From positions 172,589-236,588 of the forward strand of contig JAAXWW010000001.1 in assembly GCA_013334765.1 (NCBI GenBank): DNA of 64,000 nt, written 5' to 3'. Made by a program: the position numbers and the translations under genes. The DNA comes from Candidatus Moraniibacteriota bacterium (GTDB taxonomy: Bacteria > Patescibacteriota > Minisyncoccia > Moranbacterales > UBA2206). Below the pieces are notes generated by a model. That model saw only the letters and a program-made list of their open reading frames with translations. It had not been told where the DNA came from and did not search any database. Positions 39,234 through 48,492 of this stretch are shown piece after piece (the first letter of the stretch is position 1; each line of letters starts with the position of its first letter).

Positions 39234-39683
39234 ATGAATTGTCCATTCTGCAGCAACAGTGAAACCAAGGTTGTTGATTCGCGCGAAACCAACGAAGGCA
39301 AGATCACCAGGAGAAGGCGGGAATGCTCGAAATGCAGCTCAAGGTTCAGCACTTATGAAGAAGTCGAGCTTCTCAATGTCACCGTGGTGAAGCGTGACGG
39401 AACGCGCGCCGACTATGACAAAAGGAAGGTCGAGGCCGGGATTAGGAAAGCGCTCGAGAAGCGTCCCATATCGGAGGAAAAGATATCCAAGCTGGTCGGA
39501 GAAATAGAATATGAGATCCGTTCGCGCGAGAAGTCGGAAATAACATCAAGAGAAATCGGGAAGATAATCCTCAAGAAGCTCCGCCCGTTCGATGAAGTGG
39601 CCTATGTCAGGTTCGCGAGCGTATACAAATCATTCGCGAGCGTGGAAAGCTTCAAGAAAGAATTGGACACGTTCGACAAATAA
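39234..39683 (+). CDS. nrdR: transcriptional repressor NrdR
   Basis: 'MNCPFCSNSETKVVDSR…RRRECSKCSSRFSTYE' zinc ribbon plus an ATP-cone. Confidence 0.9.
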   Translation: MNCPFCSNSETKVVDSRETNEGKITRRRRECSKCSSRFSTYEEVELLNVTVVKRDGTRADYDKRKVEAGIRKALEKRPISEEKISKLVGEIEYEIRSREKSEITSREIGKIILKKLRPFDEVAYVRFASVYKSFASVESFKKELDTFDK

Positions 39684-39739
39684 AAAAGCAAGCAAATTTA
39701 TTTTCATAATTACCATTAATCAATCAGGGGAAAACCGGT

Positions 39740-42025
39740 ATGCAAAACAAAAAGAAAGCAGGGGGAGCGAAGAAAGCCAAAGGTGAAAAATCAAAAGCCA
39801 GAAGCGTTGCTGCGAAGAAGGCTATTGTGAAAAAAACTGTTGCCAAGAAGGCGGTGGCCAAGAAGGCGGCGCCGGCTCGCAAGGAAATCGTGAGCAAGAT
39901 CCAGAAGGTCATAAAAAGAAGCGGGCAGGTGGTTCCTTTCGATAGGAACAAAATAACCAAGGCTGTCCAGAAAGCCTTCCAGTCGACGAAAGAGGGAAAT
40001 TTGAATGATGCCAAGCGGGTGAGTGACAAGGTAGTGCAGATCCTCAATAAGAATCACAAGGAGGGGTATATTCCTGAAATCGAGGAAGTGCAGGATTTGG
40101 TTGAAAGGGTGCTCATGATCCTGGATTTCGAAGAAACAGCCAAAGACTATATCCTCTATCGCGAACAGCACAGGAAGATCCGCGAAACCAACGAATCCAT
40201 TGACGACGCTGTCAATCTGGTTGAAAAATATATCCAGGAAATAGACTGGAAGGTGAAAGAGAATGCCAATATGGCATATTCCCTTCAAGGTCTTAACAAT
40301 TACATATCATCCATTGTCACTTCGAAGTATTGGATGAACCGGGTATATTCAAGACAGATTCGCGAGGCTCATGAAGGTGGCGATTTCCATATCCATGACC
40401 TTCAGCTTCTGGCAGCCTATTGCTGCGGTTGGGATCTTCAGGATCTTCTCCGCCGCGGTTTCACCGGCGTTCCGGGAAAGGTAGCCTGCAAGCCTGCCAA
40501 ACATCTGGGATCGATTCTGGGCCAGATGGTCAACTTCACCTATACGACCCAGGGAGAGGTCGCGGGGGCTCAGGCTTTCTCGAATTTCGATACCTTGCTG
40601 GCTCCGTTCATCCGGTATGACAACCTGACATTCGATGAGGTGAAGCAGGAGATCCAGTCATACGTCTTCAATATGAATGTTTCGACCCGCGTGGGGTTCC
40701 AGACTCCTTTTTCAAACATAACGCTTGATATAACCTGCCCGAAGAATCTCAAGAATGAAGCGGTCATCGTCGGAGGAGTCCCGCAGAAGGAAACTTATGG
40801 CGAATTCCAGGAAGAGATGAACATGATCAACCGGGCTTTCGCGGAAGTGATGACTGAAGGAGATTCGAACGGCCGGATATTCACTTTCCCGATCCCGACA
40901 TATAATATCGGAAAGGATTTCAATTGGAGCGACGAGCGTTTCAACCCGATCTGGGAGATGACTGCCAAATACGGGATTCCGTATTTCGCCAATTTCGTCA
41001 ATTCAGATATGGATCCGGATGATGCCAGGAGCATGTGCTGCCGCTTGAGATTGGATAATCGCGAGCTCCATAAGCGCGGAGGCGGACTTTTCGGAGCTAA
41101 TCCGCTGACCGGTTCGATCGGAGTGGTGACGATAAACCTGCCACGCCTGGGACATGTTTCCAAGAGCAAGGGAGAATTCTTCAAGAAACTCGATGCTTTG
41201 ATGGATCTGGCCAAGGAGAGTTTGGAAGTCAAAAGGGAGTTGGTTGAGAAATTCACCGAGGGAGGGCTTTATCCGTATACCAGGTTCTATCTCAGCGCTA
41301 TCAAGATGCGCCGCGGGCAGTATTGGGCGAACCATTTCTCGACGATCGGTCTTCTGGGAATGAATGAAGCGCTCCTGAACCTTATCGGCAAAGATGTGAC
41401 TACGAAGGCGGGACAGAAGCTGGCAGAAGAAATACTGGTCCATATGCGTGACAGGATCGTGAAATATCAGAAAGAAACCGGCAACCTGTACAATCTTGAA
41501 GCGACTCCGGCGGAAGGCACATCATACCGATTGGCACGCCTTGACCGCGAGAATCATCCGGAAATAATCTTCGCTAACGACAAGGTGGTCAAAGGGCAGG
41601 GTGCCGAGCCGTATTATACCAATTCATCCCAGCTGCCAGTCAATTTCACGGAAGACATTTTCGAAGCATTGGATCTTCAGGACAAACTTCAGACTAAATA
41701 TACCGGAGGAACAGTGCTGCATGGATTCTTGGGAGAGCGCCTTTGGGATATCGAGACGACCAAGAACCTGGTGAGGAAAATCGCTGAGAATTACGCGCTT
41801 CCTTATTTCACGCTCACGCCGACCTTCAGCATCTGTCCGGTGCATGGCTATCTCGAAGGGGAGCATCCGTATTGCCCGAAATGCATAGTCGAACAGAAGG
41901 CGGAAGTGTATTCCAGGGTCGTAGGGTATATCCGTCCAGTCGAGCAATGGAACAAGGGCAAGCAATGCGAATTCGGAGACAGGAAGACATTCGAAGTGAA
42001 AGCCAAAGCCAAAAGCAAAAAATAA
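39740..42025 (+). CDS. nrdD: anaerobic ribonucleoside-triphosphate reductase (class III) with N-terminal Lys/Ala-rich tail and ATP-cone
   Basis: ATP-cone 'VIKRSGQVVPFDRNKITKAV'. NrdD core. C-terminal Zn ribbon 'CPVHG…CPKC' and glycyl-radical motif 'YSRVVGYIRPV'. The first ~50 aa are AKK/KKA repeats. Confidence 0.9.
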   Translation: MQNKKKAGGAKKAKGEKSKARSVAAKKAIVKKTVAKKAVAKKAAPARKEIVSKIQKVIKRSGQVVPFDRNKITKAVQKAFQSTKEGNLNDAKRVSDKVVQILNKNHKEGYIPEIEEVQDLVERVLMILDFEETAKDYILYREQHRKIRETNESIDDAVNLVEKYIQEIDWKVKENANMAYSLQGLNNYISSIVTSKYWMNRVYSRQIREAHEGGDFHIHDLQLLAAYCCGWDLQDLLRRGFTGVPGKVACKPAKHLGSILGQMVNFTYTTQGEVAGAQAFSNFDTLLAPFIRYDNLTFDEVKQEIQSYVFNMNVSTRVGFQTPFSNITLDITCPKNLKNEAVIVGGVPQKETYGEFQEEMNMINRAFAEVMTEGDSNGRIFTFPIPTYNIGKDFNWSDERFNPIWEMTAKYGIPYFANFVNSDMDPDDARSMCCRLRLDNRELHKRGGGLFGANPLTGSIGVVTINLPRLGHVSKSKGEFFKKLDALMDLAKESLEVKRELVEKFTEGGLYPYTRFYLSAIKMRRGQYWANHFSTIGLLGMNEALLNLIGKDVTTKAGQKLAEEILVHMRDRIVKYQKETGNLYNLEATPAEGTSYRLARLDRENHPEIIFANDKVVKGQGAEPYYTNSSQLPVNFTEDIFEALDLQDKLQTKYTGGTVLHGFLGERLWDIETTKNLVRKIAENYALPYFTLTPTFSICPVHGYLEGEHPYCPKCIVEQKAEVYSRVVGYIRPVEQWNKGKQCEFGDRKTFEVKAKAKSKK

Positions 42026-42141
42026 TTTTTTCAGGGATTTTCCTAGGAAGCTAGCGCCTGGCAAAATTCCATAATACTAAAACAAACTAAAAAAAGCCTC
42101 TTTCATGCAAGGAATTGCATAAAAGAGACAGAAGCAAAAAT

Positions 42142-42405
42142 ATGGAACACATTTTTTGCCACGATTGCCAGAAAGAAATGGCACACGATGAGGAAGTCAT
42201 GCGTTATGAAATAGGGGGTCAGGAATATTATAAGTGCAAGAGCTGTCACGAGAAAGACCCGGTACTCAGGAATTTCCAGAAGGCCGAGGTATATTCCAGG
42301 GTCGTCGGATACATCCGCCCAGTCACTCAATGGAACCAGGGCAAGCAGGAGGAATTCAAGGATAGGAGAGAATTCGTGATGGCTGATTCCGCTTGTTGCG
42401 GTTAG
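42142..42405 (+). CDS. stand-alone NrdD C-terminal Zn-ribbon + glycyl-radical domain paralog (GrcA-like 'spare part' candidate)
   Basis: 87 aa: 'CHDC…CKSC' zinc ribbon followed by 'KAEVYSRVVGYIRPVTQWNQGKQEEFKDRREF', compared with the NrdD C-terminus 'KAEVYSRVVGYIRPVEQWNKGKQCEFGDRKTF'. ~80% nucleotide identity over ~100 bp with 41896-41995. Confidence 0.6.
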   Translation: MEHIFCHDCQKEMAHDEEVMRYEIGGQEYYKCKSCHEKDPVLRNFQKAEVYSRVVGYIRPVTQWNQGKQEEFKDRREFVMADSACCG

Positions 42406-42421
42406 TCAAGGAAAAGATGGC

Positions 42422-42460
42422 GGGGCGACCTAATCTTCATTGATCCGGTCGCCCTGATTT
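42422..42460 (+). terminator. hairpin after the NrdD-C paralog (weak terminator)
   Basis: GGGCGACC/GGTCGCCC 8-bp stem with a 16-nt loop, followed by TGATTTTAT. Confidence 0.35.
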
Positions 42461-42586
42461 TATAAAGAAGAATTCGGAATTTTGAATTTGGAATTCAGAA
42501 TGAGAATCAAAAAAATTGAATTATTTATTATCCACATTATTGATTCCAGCAGTATTCAAAATTCAAAATCCTAAATTCAAAATCCT

Positions 42587-43282
42587 ATGCTGATAGCAGG
42601 ACATCAAAAACTCACTCTTATAGACTACCCGGGCCGGATAGCGACCACGGTCTTCACGGCCGGATGCAATTTCCGCTGCCCCTTCTGCCATAATCCGGAG
42701 CTCGTAAGCGGGATCGATATGTCAGTCGGGAGAAAGGCGGAAAAGGAATTTTTCGAGTATTTGAAAAAACGCAAAGGGAAGATCGAGGGAGTATGCATCA
42801 CTGGCGGAGAACCGACAATCCAGAAAGACATCGTCGAATTCATAAGGAAGGTGAACGATGCGGGATATCTGGTGAAATTGGACACGAACGGGCTTCGTCC
42901 GGATGTCATCAAGAAGCTCCTGGATCTGAAACTCATAGACTTCATCGCGATGGATATAAAGAATCAGCTTGATAGGTATGACGAAACGGTTGGCGTGAAA
43001 GTCGACAAAGAAAGGATAAGGCTGAGCGTGGAACTCATAATGCGAAGCGGGATAAATTATGAGTTCCGCACGACGGCTGTTCCAGGCATCCATACGGAAG
43101 AGGATTTCCTGGAAATAGCGAAATGGATCCGCGGCGCCAAAAGCTATTATCTTCAGAATTATCGCGAGGGAAGGATTCTGGATGAGAAACTGAAATTGAA
43201 GACCAAGGGAAAAACGCTCGATTTGGCTCGGATAAAGGATTTGATGAAAGATGCTGTTGATAAGATAGGGATTCGGGGGTAA
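42587..43282 (+). CDS. nrdG: anaerobic ribonucleotide reductase activating protein (radical SAM)
   Basis: 'TAGCNFRCPFCHNPEL' radical-SAM motif plus an NrdG-type C-terminus. Adjacent to nrdD. Confidence 0.85.
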   Translation: MLIAGHQKLTLIDYPGRIATTVFTAGCNFRCPFCHNPELVSGIDMSVGRKAEKEFFEYLKKRKGKIEGVCITGGEPTIQKDIVEFIRKVNDAGYLVKLDTNGLRPDVIKKLLDLKLIDFIAMDIKNQLDRYDETVGVKVDKERIRLSVELIMRSGINYEFRTTAVPGIHTEEDFLEIAKWIRGAKSYYLQNYREGRILDEKLKLKTKGKTLDLARIKDLMKDAVDKIGIRG

Positions 43283-43345
43283 AATGGTGTGAAGGTTTCG
43301 GGTAAGCTCAGGAGCTTCCGCAATAATAAATCAAAATCTTCATTT

Positions 43346-43666
43346 ATGAAAAAATACATCGGCAAGTCATTGATTTTCGCAATAAACATATTCCTCGCGG
43401 CTATCGGGATCATGGTCATTAAGGATCATGACGAGACCGGGTCATCTGAAAAGACGGATACGCTGGTTGATCAGACCGGAATGAGCCCTGAGATCTCAGG
43501 TTCCCAGAGCGCTATCTCCGCTGATCGCGAAAACACGCTGAGGAATCTCAATAACACTCCGAGCCAGCTCAGCTCCCAGGCGGTGACTACGAAAACGACG
43601 ACCGCCAAGACGACCACCACTCCTGCGTCATCCGGCTCTTCTTCTAAAAAAACCAAGACTTCATAA
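43346..43666 (+). CDS. hypothetical secreted/anchored Ser-Thr-rich protein
   Basis: Signal-anchor 'MKKYIGKSLIFAINIFLAAIGIMVI' and a C-terminal T/S-rich tail ('TTKTTTAKTTTTPASSGSSS'), which is probably low complexity. Confidence 0.35.
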   Translation: MKKYIGKSLIFAINIFLAAIGIMVIKDHDETGSSEKTDTLVDQTGMSPEISGSQSAISADRENTLRNLNNTPSQLSSQAVTTKTTTAKTTTTPASSGSSSKKTKTS

Positions 43667-43670
43667 AGAC

Positions 43671-44006
43671 ATGAAACAACATAGAAACAATTATCGCTTC
43701 GCAGCCGCGCTCTTGATACCGCTGTTGCTGCTGATGTTTTCTTTTGCTCATGCCGAAGATGACGAGGAAGATGACGACGACGATCATGAATCATCCGTTT
43801 CGCGTTCGACATCATCAACTTCCACTTCTGGAAAAGACAAGATAAAAGTAGAGACCAAGGTTGATACGACCACCCAGATTATCAAGATAATGGACAGCGA
43901 CGGAGATCGGATTCCCGATGGCAGTGATCCTCATCCCAATATTTCAGAGATATACATAGTGTCGGATGATAACGGAAACGGCATAGTGGATAAGTTCGAG
44001 AAATAA
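43671..44006 (+). CDS. hypothetical secreted acidic protein with TSP3-like Ca-binding repeat
   Basis: Signal peptide, an 'EDDEEDDDDDHE' acidic run, and 'DSDGDRIPDGSDPHPN'. Confidence 0.4.
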   Translation: MKQHRNNYRFAAALLIPLLLLMFSFAHAEDDEEDDDDDHESSVSRSTSSTSTSGKDKIKVETKVDTTTQIIKIMDSDGDRIPDGSDPHPNISEIYIVSDDNGNGIVDKFEK

Positions 44007-44017
44007 GGAAAAGGGAT

Positions 44018-44956
44018 ATGGATAATATTTCCGAAAAAAGATTCAAGGCGATCGGAACGGATATCCATCTTGAAATCGTTTCTCATGATGAACAGGAAGC
44101 CTCGCGAGCCATGGATGATATCAATGAGGCCCAAATCATTTATGCTGATCAAGAGAAAATATTCAGCCGGTTCGATTCCGAAAGCGAACTCGGCTTTTTT
44201 AATGTCAACTTGGGCGTATGGCATGAAGCCTCGCCTGATTTTATCGAGGTATCAAAGAAAGTCATCGCATACTATGATTTGAGCGGCGGAGTTTTTGATC
44301 CGAGAATCATCGACGTTCTGGAGGGAACAGGCTATAAGGAAAGTTTCGAGAAGAAATATTTCAAGCGTGACGATGAAAAGATATACGATGCGACATTCGA
44401 AAATAATCTCAGGGATGATTTGGCGATAGACGGAAACAGGATCATGTTCAAGGCGAGGATGGATTTTTCCGGCATAGTCAAGGGATATATAACTGACAAA
44501 ATAAGCGCTTTTTTAAAGAAGAAAGGCTGGAAGGATTTCATAGCTGATTCGGGAGGGGATATTTTTGCGGCTGGCCGCAATGAAGAAGGAAAAAAATGGA
44601 TAATAGGCTTCGAGGATCTGCCTGAAGAAAAGATGGGGATTTTCCTTGAAGGCGAAGCGGTGGCGACATCCGGTACTGGAAGGCGGAAATGGGAACTTGG
44701 CGGAAAGCATTTCCATCACCTGGTCAATCCCAAAAATCCTGAAAGCTTTTCCTTTGATCTGCGCTCGGTGAGCGTTGTCGCCAAGAGCGTTGAGGAGGCT
44801 GATTTTTGGGCCAAATATTTGTTCATACTGGGCAAGGAAGACGGAATGGAAAAAGCCAGGGAAAAGGAAATCAAGGCAGTGTTCCTGGATAGGCGCGGAA
44901 ACGCTTTCGTCACCAAAATGATCAGGGACAATGTTTTCCAGGAAAAAGGTGTATAA
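44018..44956 (+). CDS. apbE: FAD:protein FMN transferase
   Basis: ApbE-family length and conserved blocks ('…FSRFDSESELGFFN…', 'DSGGDIFAAG', 'VATSGTGRR'). Confidence 0.75.
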   Translation: MDNISEKRFKAIGTDIHLEIVSHDEQEASRAMDDINEAQIIYADQEKIFSRFDSESELGFFNVNLGVWHEASPDFIEVSKKVIAYYDLSGGVFDPRIIDVLEGTGYKESFEKKYFKRDDEKIYDATFENNLRDDLAIDGNRIMFKARMDFSGIVKGYITDKISAFLKKKGWKDFIADSGGDIFAAGRNEEGKKWIIGFEDLPEEKMGIFLEGEAVATSGTGRRKWELGGKHFHHLVNPKNPESFSFDLRSVSVVAKSVEEADFWAKYLFILGKEDGMEKAREKEIKAVFLDRRGNAFVTKMIRDNVFQEKGV

Positions 44957-45838
44957 TTGAGACAGCCTATGAAAAAGACATTGTATTCATTATCAATCAT
45001 TATCTGCCTGCTCTTCGCTTCAAGGGTCGCTTTTGCTGAAACAAAAATAGATTATAACGGTCAGCCGGTTTTGGACAGCGATCTGGACGGATTGACAGAT
45101 GAAGGGGAAAAGCAGATATACCGAACTGATTCGAACAATCCTGATACTGACGGCGATGGGATTCTGGATGGAGCTGAAGCGATCGGCGGCGGCGATCCGA
45201 TGGATGCCAGCAGCCCGCGCGCGAAAGAAGTCGTGACCAATAACACATATAAGATTGAGAAGGACCCTTCCTGGCCGTGGTACATTATCCGTTCCTTCGG
45301 CATGGTTTCATTCCTGCTTCTCTATGTTTCGATATTCCTTGGGATTGCGATCCGGTTTCCAGGGTTGCGGCGACTGATCAATCCGGCATATTCATTGGAT
45401 ATTCACAGGTTGATCTCGGTGCAAGCCCTGTTTTTTGCTCTTTTTCATGGCTTGGCGGGGATGTGGGACAAATATATAAACCTGACCCTTAAAGACGTTT
45501 TCATTCCGTTCGCTTCTAGCTATGAGCCTGGCATGATGGCGCTTGGCACGATCGCGATGTATCTCATGGTCGCTCTCATTGTCAGTTCATATCTCAAAAG
45601 CCGCATCCCGTACGGAGCATGGAGAGCCATTCATTCGCTGAATTTTTTCCTGTATGCCTTCTCGTTCGTTCACGCTATCCATCTGGGAACGGATCTGCAA
45701 TCCGGTGTGTTGAGAACGGTATTCATCTATGCCAATGCTTTGCTGATGGCCTTGCTTATTATGAGCATTTCGCTAAGGGCCTTTAATTCTTACAAAAGCA
45801 GGAGAGCTGAAAACTATGAGGATATACGTCAGGACTAA
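44957..45838 (+). CDS. ferric-reductase-like transmembrane (di-heme) domain protein with N-terminal TSP3-like repeats
   Basis: Signal peptide, 'DSDLDGLTDEGE…DTDGDGILDG' repeats, then a 6-TM region with paired His residues ('HRLISVQALFFALFHG', 'AIHSLNFFLYAFSFVHAIH'). Confidence 0.5.
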   Translation: MRQPMKKTLYSLSIIICLLFASRVAFAETKIDYNGQPVLDSDLDGLTDEGEKQIYRTDSNNPDTDGDGILDGAEAIGGGDPMDASSPRAKEVVTNNTYKIEKDPSWPWYIIRSFGMVSFLLLYVSIFLGIAIRFPGLRRLINPAYSLDIHRLISVQALFFALFHGLAGMWDKYINLTLKDVFIPFASSYEPGMMALGTIAMYLMVALIVSSYLKSRIPYGAWRAIHSLNFFLYAFSFVHAIHLGTDLQSGVLRTVFIYANALLMALLIMSISLRAFNSYKSRRAENYEDIRQD

Positions 45839-46100
45839 TCCCCGTTCAAGGGAGAACAAGGTCGAGAAGCTCAATGAAGGAGAATACAAAGTGAAGCTGA
45901 CCGCTCCTCCGGTAGACGGAAAGGCGAATGAAATGCTCGTCGATCTTCTGGCCGGCCATTTTAATGTTTCAAAGAGCCAGATCAGGATTGTCGGAGGCAA
46001 GACGGCCAGGGTCAAGATGGTCGACGTCGGTATCCGCGGCAGAGCCCAGCAATCGCGCCCATCTGACCGTGTCCAGCTTCGCCCGATGCTCAAGATATAG
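45816..46100 (+). CDS. YggU/DUF167 family protein
   Basis: 'IYVRTNPRSRENKVEKL…KLTAPPVDGKANEMLVDLLAGHFNVSKSQIRIVGGKTARVKMV'. Confidence 0.7.
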   Translation: MRIYVRTNPRSRENKVEKLNEGEYKVKLTAPPVDGKANEMLVDLLAGHFNVSKSQIRIVGGKTARVKMVDVGIRGRAQQSRPSDRVQLRPMLKI

Positions 46101-46157
46101 CCCGCATCCATTACGGATTTTATTTTTTCTTCATATCGCAGAGGGTAATATTCCCCT

Positions 46158-47642
46158 GTGAGCAAATCGAAAGCCTTCAGGATTTTTTCCATAAGTTTCA
46201 TATCCGGCATCGCGCTGGTTTCTTTTTGCTATCCCTTCGTTCTGGATAGCTTTTATTTTTTCTCGCTCCTGATTCCGGTTTCCATCGGGATGATCGTTTT
46301 TTATGAAAACAAGAAGGTTATGATAGCCGGACTTGCAATCCTGATGTTTATTTCGGGCGGATGGCTGGCGAACCGGAAGATTGCCGAAGCGGACAGCTTC
46401 AAGAACAATCCTCAATCGGGTTTTTCAAGAGAAGCCGAGGTCGTTTCTGATCCGGTGATGAAAGACGGATATCAGGATGTCGTCGTAAGACCCATAGGCG
46501 AGAGTTATGGGATTCTTCTTAGGGCAAGCCCCTATCAGGAATTCTCGTACGGAGAGGTGCTGAACGTGTCTGGCGCTCTGGAAGTTCCTAAGAACATGGA
46601 CGACAAGTTCGACTATCGCATGTATTTGGTGAAAGAGGGTATTTTCTATGTCTCCAAAAAACCTGACATTCGAAAAACCGGCAAGAACGACGGATCGAAG
46701 ATATTCTTCTGGATTTTGGAATTCAAGAAGCTGGTTCAAAGAAAAATCGCTTCTTCGCTTCCAGTGCCGGAGTCAGGGCTTCTGGAGGGTCTCATCATCG
46801 GAGGGAGCGCTTCGCTTCCCAAGAGCGTTCAGGAAGATTTCTCGCGGACCGGAACGACGCATATCGTGGCAGTTTCCGGGTATAACGTGACGATCGTAGC
46901 GGAATACCTGATGATGCTCGGCATCGCGGTCGGTCTTTGGCGCAGGCAGTCTTTCTGGTTCGCAACATTCGGGATCGCTGTTTTCGTTTTCATGTGCGGC
47001 TTGCCGGCTTCCGCGGTTCGGGCCGGCGTTATGGGCGTGCTCATCCTTTGGGCGATGAAGAACGGGCGGCTGGCTAATTCAGGGAATGCCATCCTTTTCG
47101 CGGCTTCCGTCATGCTCATCAGGAATCCGCTGCTTCTTCGCTATGACGCGGGATTCCAGCTTTCTTTCTTGGCGACCGCCGGAGTCATATATTTCTATCC
47201 GCTCGTTGAAAGATATTCCCGACCGTTCATGGAGGGGAAAGGGGCTGTTTGGAAAGTCCTTTTTGAAACGCTGGCGCTCACTTTTTCCGCTCAGATGCTG
47301 GTGCTGCCGATCCTGATGTATAGTTTCGGAAGCCTCTCGATCATATCGCTGCTGGTGAATCTGCTTATCCTTCCCATAATTTCCTTTTCGATGATGCTGG
47401 GATTCTTCGCTATTTCAATCAGTTTCATCTTCCATCCCGTGGCGATGCTGCTTTTCTGGCTGGCATATATCCCGCTTCGATATGAAATAGCGGTAGTCGG
47501 ATTTTTTTCCGGTCTCAAATATGCCTCGATCGAAATCGCCGATTTTCCGTGGTGGGGCGTGGCGGTTTGGTATATAATGTTGTTCGGATTGTTCAAAGCG
47601 GCTAAAATAATGATGCCTGAAAAAAGTATTTATGAATCATAG
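46158..47642 (+). CDS. comEC: ComEC/Rec2 DNA internalization channel (competence domain; beta-lactamase domain encoded separately)
   Basis: DUF4131-like N-terminus plus competence domain ('SRTGTTHIVAVSGYNVTIVAEY'). Polytopic. Confidence 0.8.
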   Translation: MSKSKAFRIFSISFISGIALVSFCYPFVLDSFYFFSLLIPVSIGMIVFYENKKVMIAGLAILMFISGGWLANRKIAEADSFKNNPQSGFSREAEVVSDPVMKDGYQDVVVRPIGESYGILLRASPYQEFSYGEVLNVSGALEVPKNMDDKFDYRMYLVKEGIFYVSKKPDIRKTGKNDGSKIFFWILEFKKLVQRKIASSLPVPESGLLEGLIIGGSASLPKSVQEDFSRTGTTHIVAVSGYNVTIVAEYLMMLGIAVGLWRRQSFWFATFGIAVFVFMCGLPASAVRAGVMGVLILWAMKNGRLANSGNAILFAASVMLIRNPLLLRYDAGFQLSFLATAGVIYFYPLVERYSRPFMEGKGAVWKVLFETLALTFSAQMLVLPILMYSFGSLSIISLLVNLLILPIISFSMMLGFFAISISFIFHPVAMLLFWLAYIPLRYEIAVVGFFSGLKYASIEIADFPWWGVAVWYIMLFGLFKAAKIMMPEKSIYES

Positions 47643-48492
47643 AAAGAAAATATATTCGGGACTGGTATTTCTTGTTGCTGTCGCTTCTATCCTTGGCGGT
47701 ATGATCGCTCATGCCAAGGACGATTCTCTCAAAGTCGTTTTTCTTGATGTTGGCCAAGGCGATGCGATCCTTATCGAACAGGGAGAAAAGCAGATCCTGA
47801 TCGATGGCGGTCCGAGCGGGAAGAGGCTGATGGAAGAGTTGGGGAAATATGTTCCGTTCTGGGATAGGAAAATCGACGTGGTGATTGCGACGCATCCGGA
47901 TTCTGACCATATCTCAGGGCTGGTCGATGTGCTCAAGAATTATGAGGTCGGTGAAATGATAAAGACTGATGCTAAAAGCGGAACCGATGTCGACAAGTCT
48001 TTGCTGGGACTGGTTTCTGATAAGAAAATCGAAAGCCAATTGGCTGAAAAGGGACTCGCCGTGAAGCTTTCCGACGAAGCGCGGCTGGACATAATCGCTC
48101 CAAGGGCTGATGAGAATGTTTCTGGAGAAAAGGACACCAATTCAGGGAGTGTAGTTGCTATGCTTATATATGGAAAGAACAAGTTTCTTTTTATGGGAGA
48201 TTTTCCGATCGAGAAAGACCCGGAATTGATTGCGGATAATCAAGATCTTGGAGCTCAGTTTCTCAAGGTTTCCCATCATGGATCTAAAAATGCCACCAGT
48301 GAGGAATTCCTGAAAGCCGTGAAGCCTGAAACTGCGATTATTTCAGTCGGAAAAGGGAACCGCTATGGTCATCCGGCTCAAGAAGCGCTCGAAAGGCTCA
48401 AAAACGCCGGAAGCGAGATTCTGCGCACGGATGAGAGGGGAGATGTGGTTTTCGAGTGCCAGGATTCGAAAAGAGAATGTGCAGTAAATTAA
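47632..48492 (+). CDS. MBL-fold metallo-hydrolase (split ComEC C-terminal domain)
   Basis: 'VVFLDVGQGDAILIE', 'THPDSDHISG', and 'SHHGSKNATS' beta-lactamase-fold motifs. Overlaps the comEC stop. Confidence 0.8.
   Translation: MNHRKKIYSGLVFLVAVASILGGMIAHAKDDSLKVVFLDVGQGDAILIEQGEKQILIDGGPSGKRLMEELGKYVPFWDRKIDVVIATHPDSDHISGLVDVLKNYEVGEMIKTDAKSGTDVDKSLLGLVSDKKIESQLAEKGLAVKLSDEARLDIIAPRADENVSGEKDTNSGSVVAMLIYGKNKFLFMGDFPIEKDPELIADNQDLGAQFLKVSHHGSKNATSEEFLKAVKPETAIISVGKGNRYGHPAQEALERLKNAGSEILRTDERGDVVFECQDSKRECAVN

Noticed and set aside
41896-42380. Considered whether the NrdD C-terminus and its small paralog are another DGR VR/TR pair.
   Set aside because: The ~20 nucleotide differences are spread over all four bases with no bias toward adenines in either copy. 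Both copies are protein-coding with conserved Zn-ribbon Cys residues.
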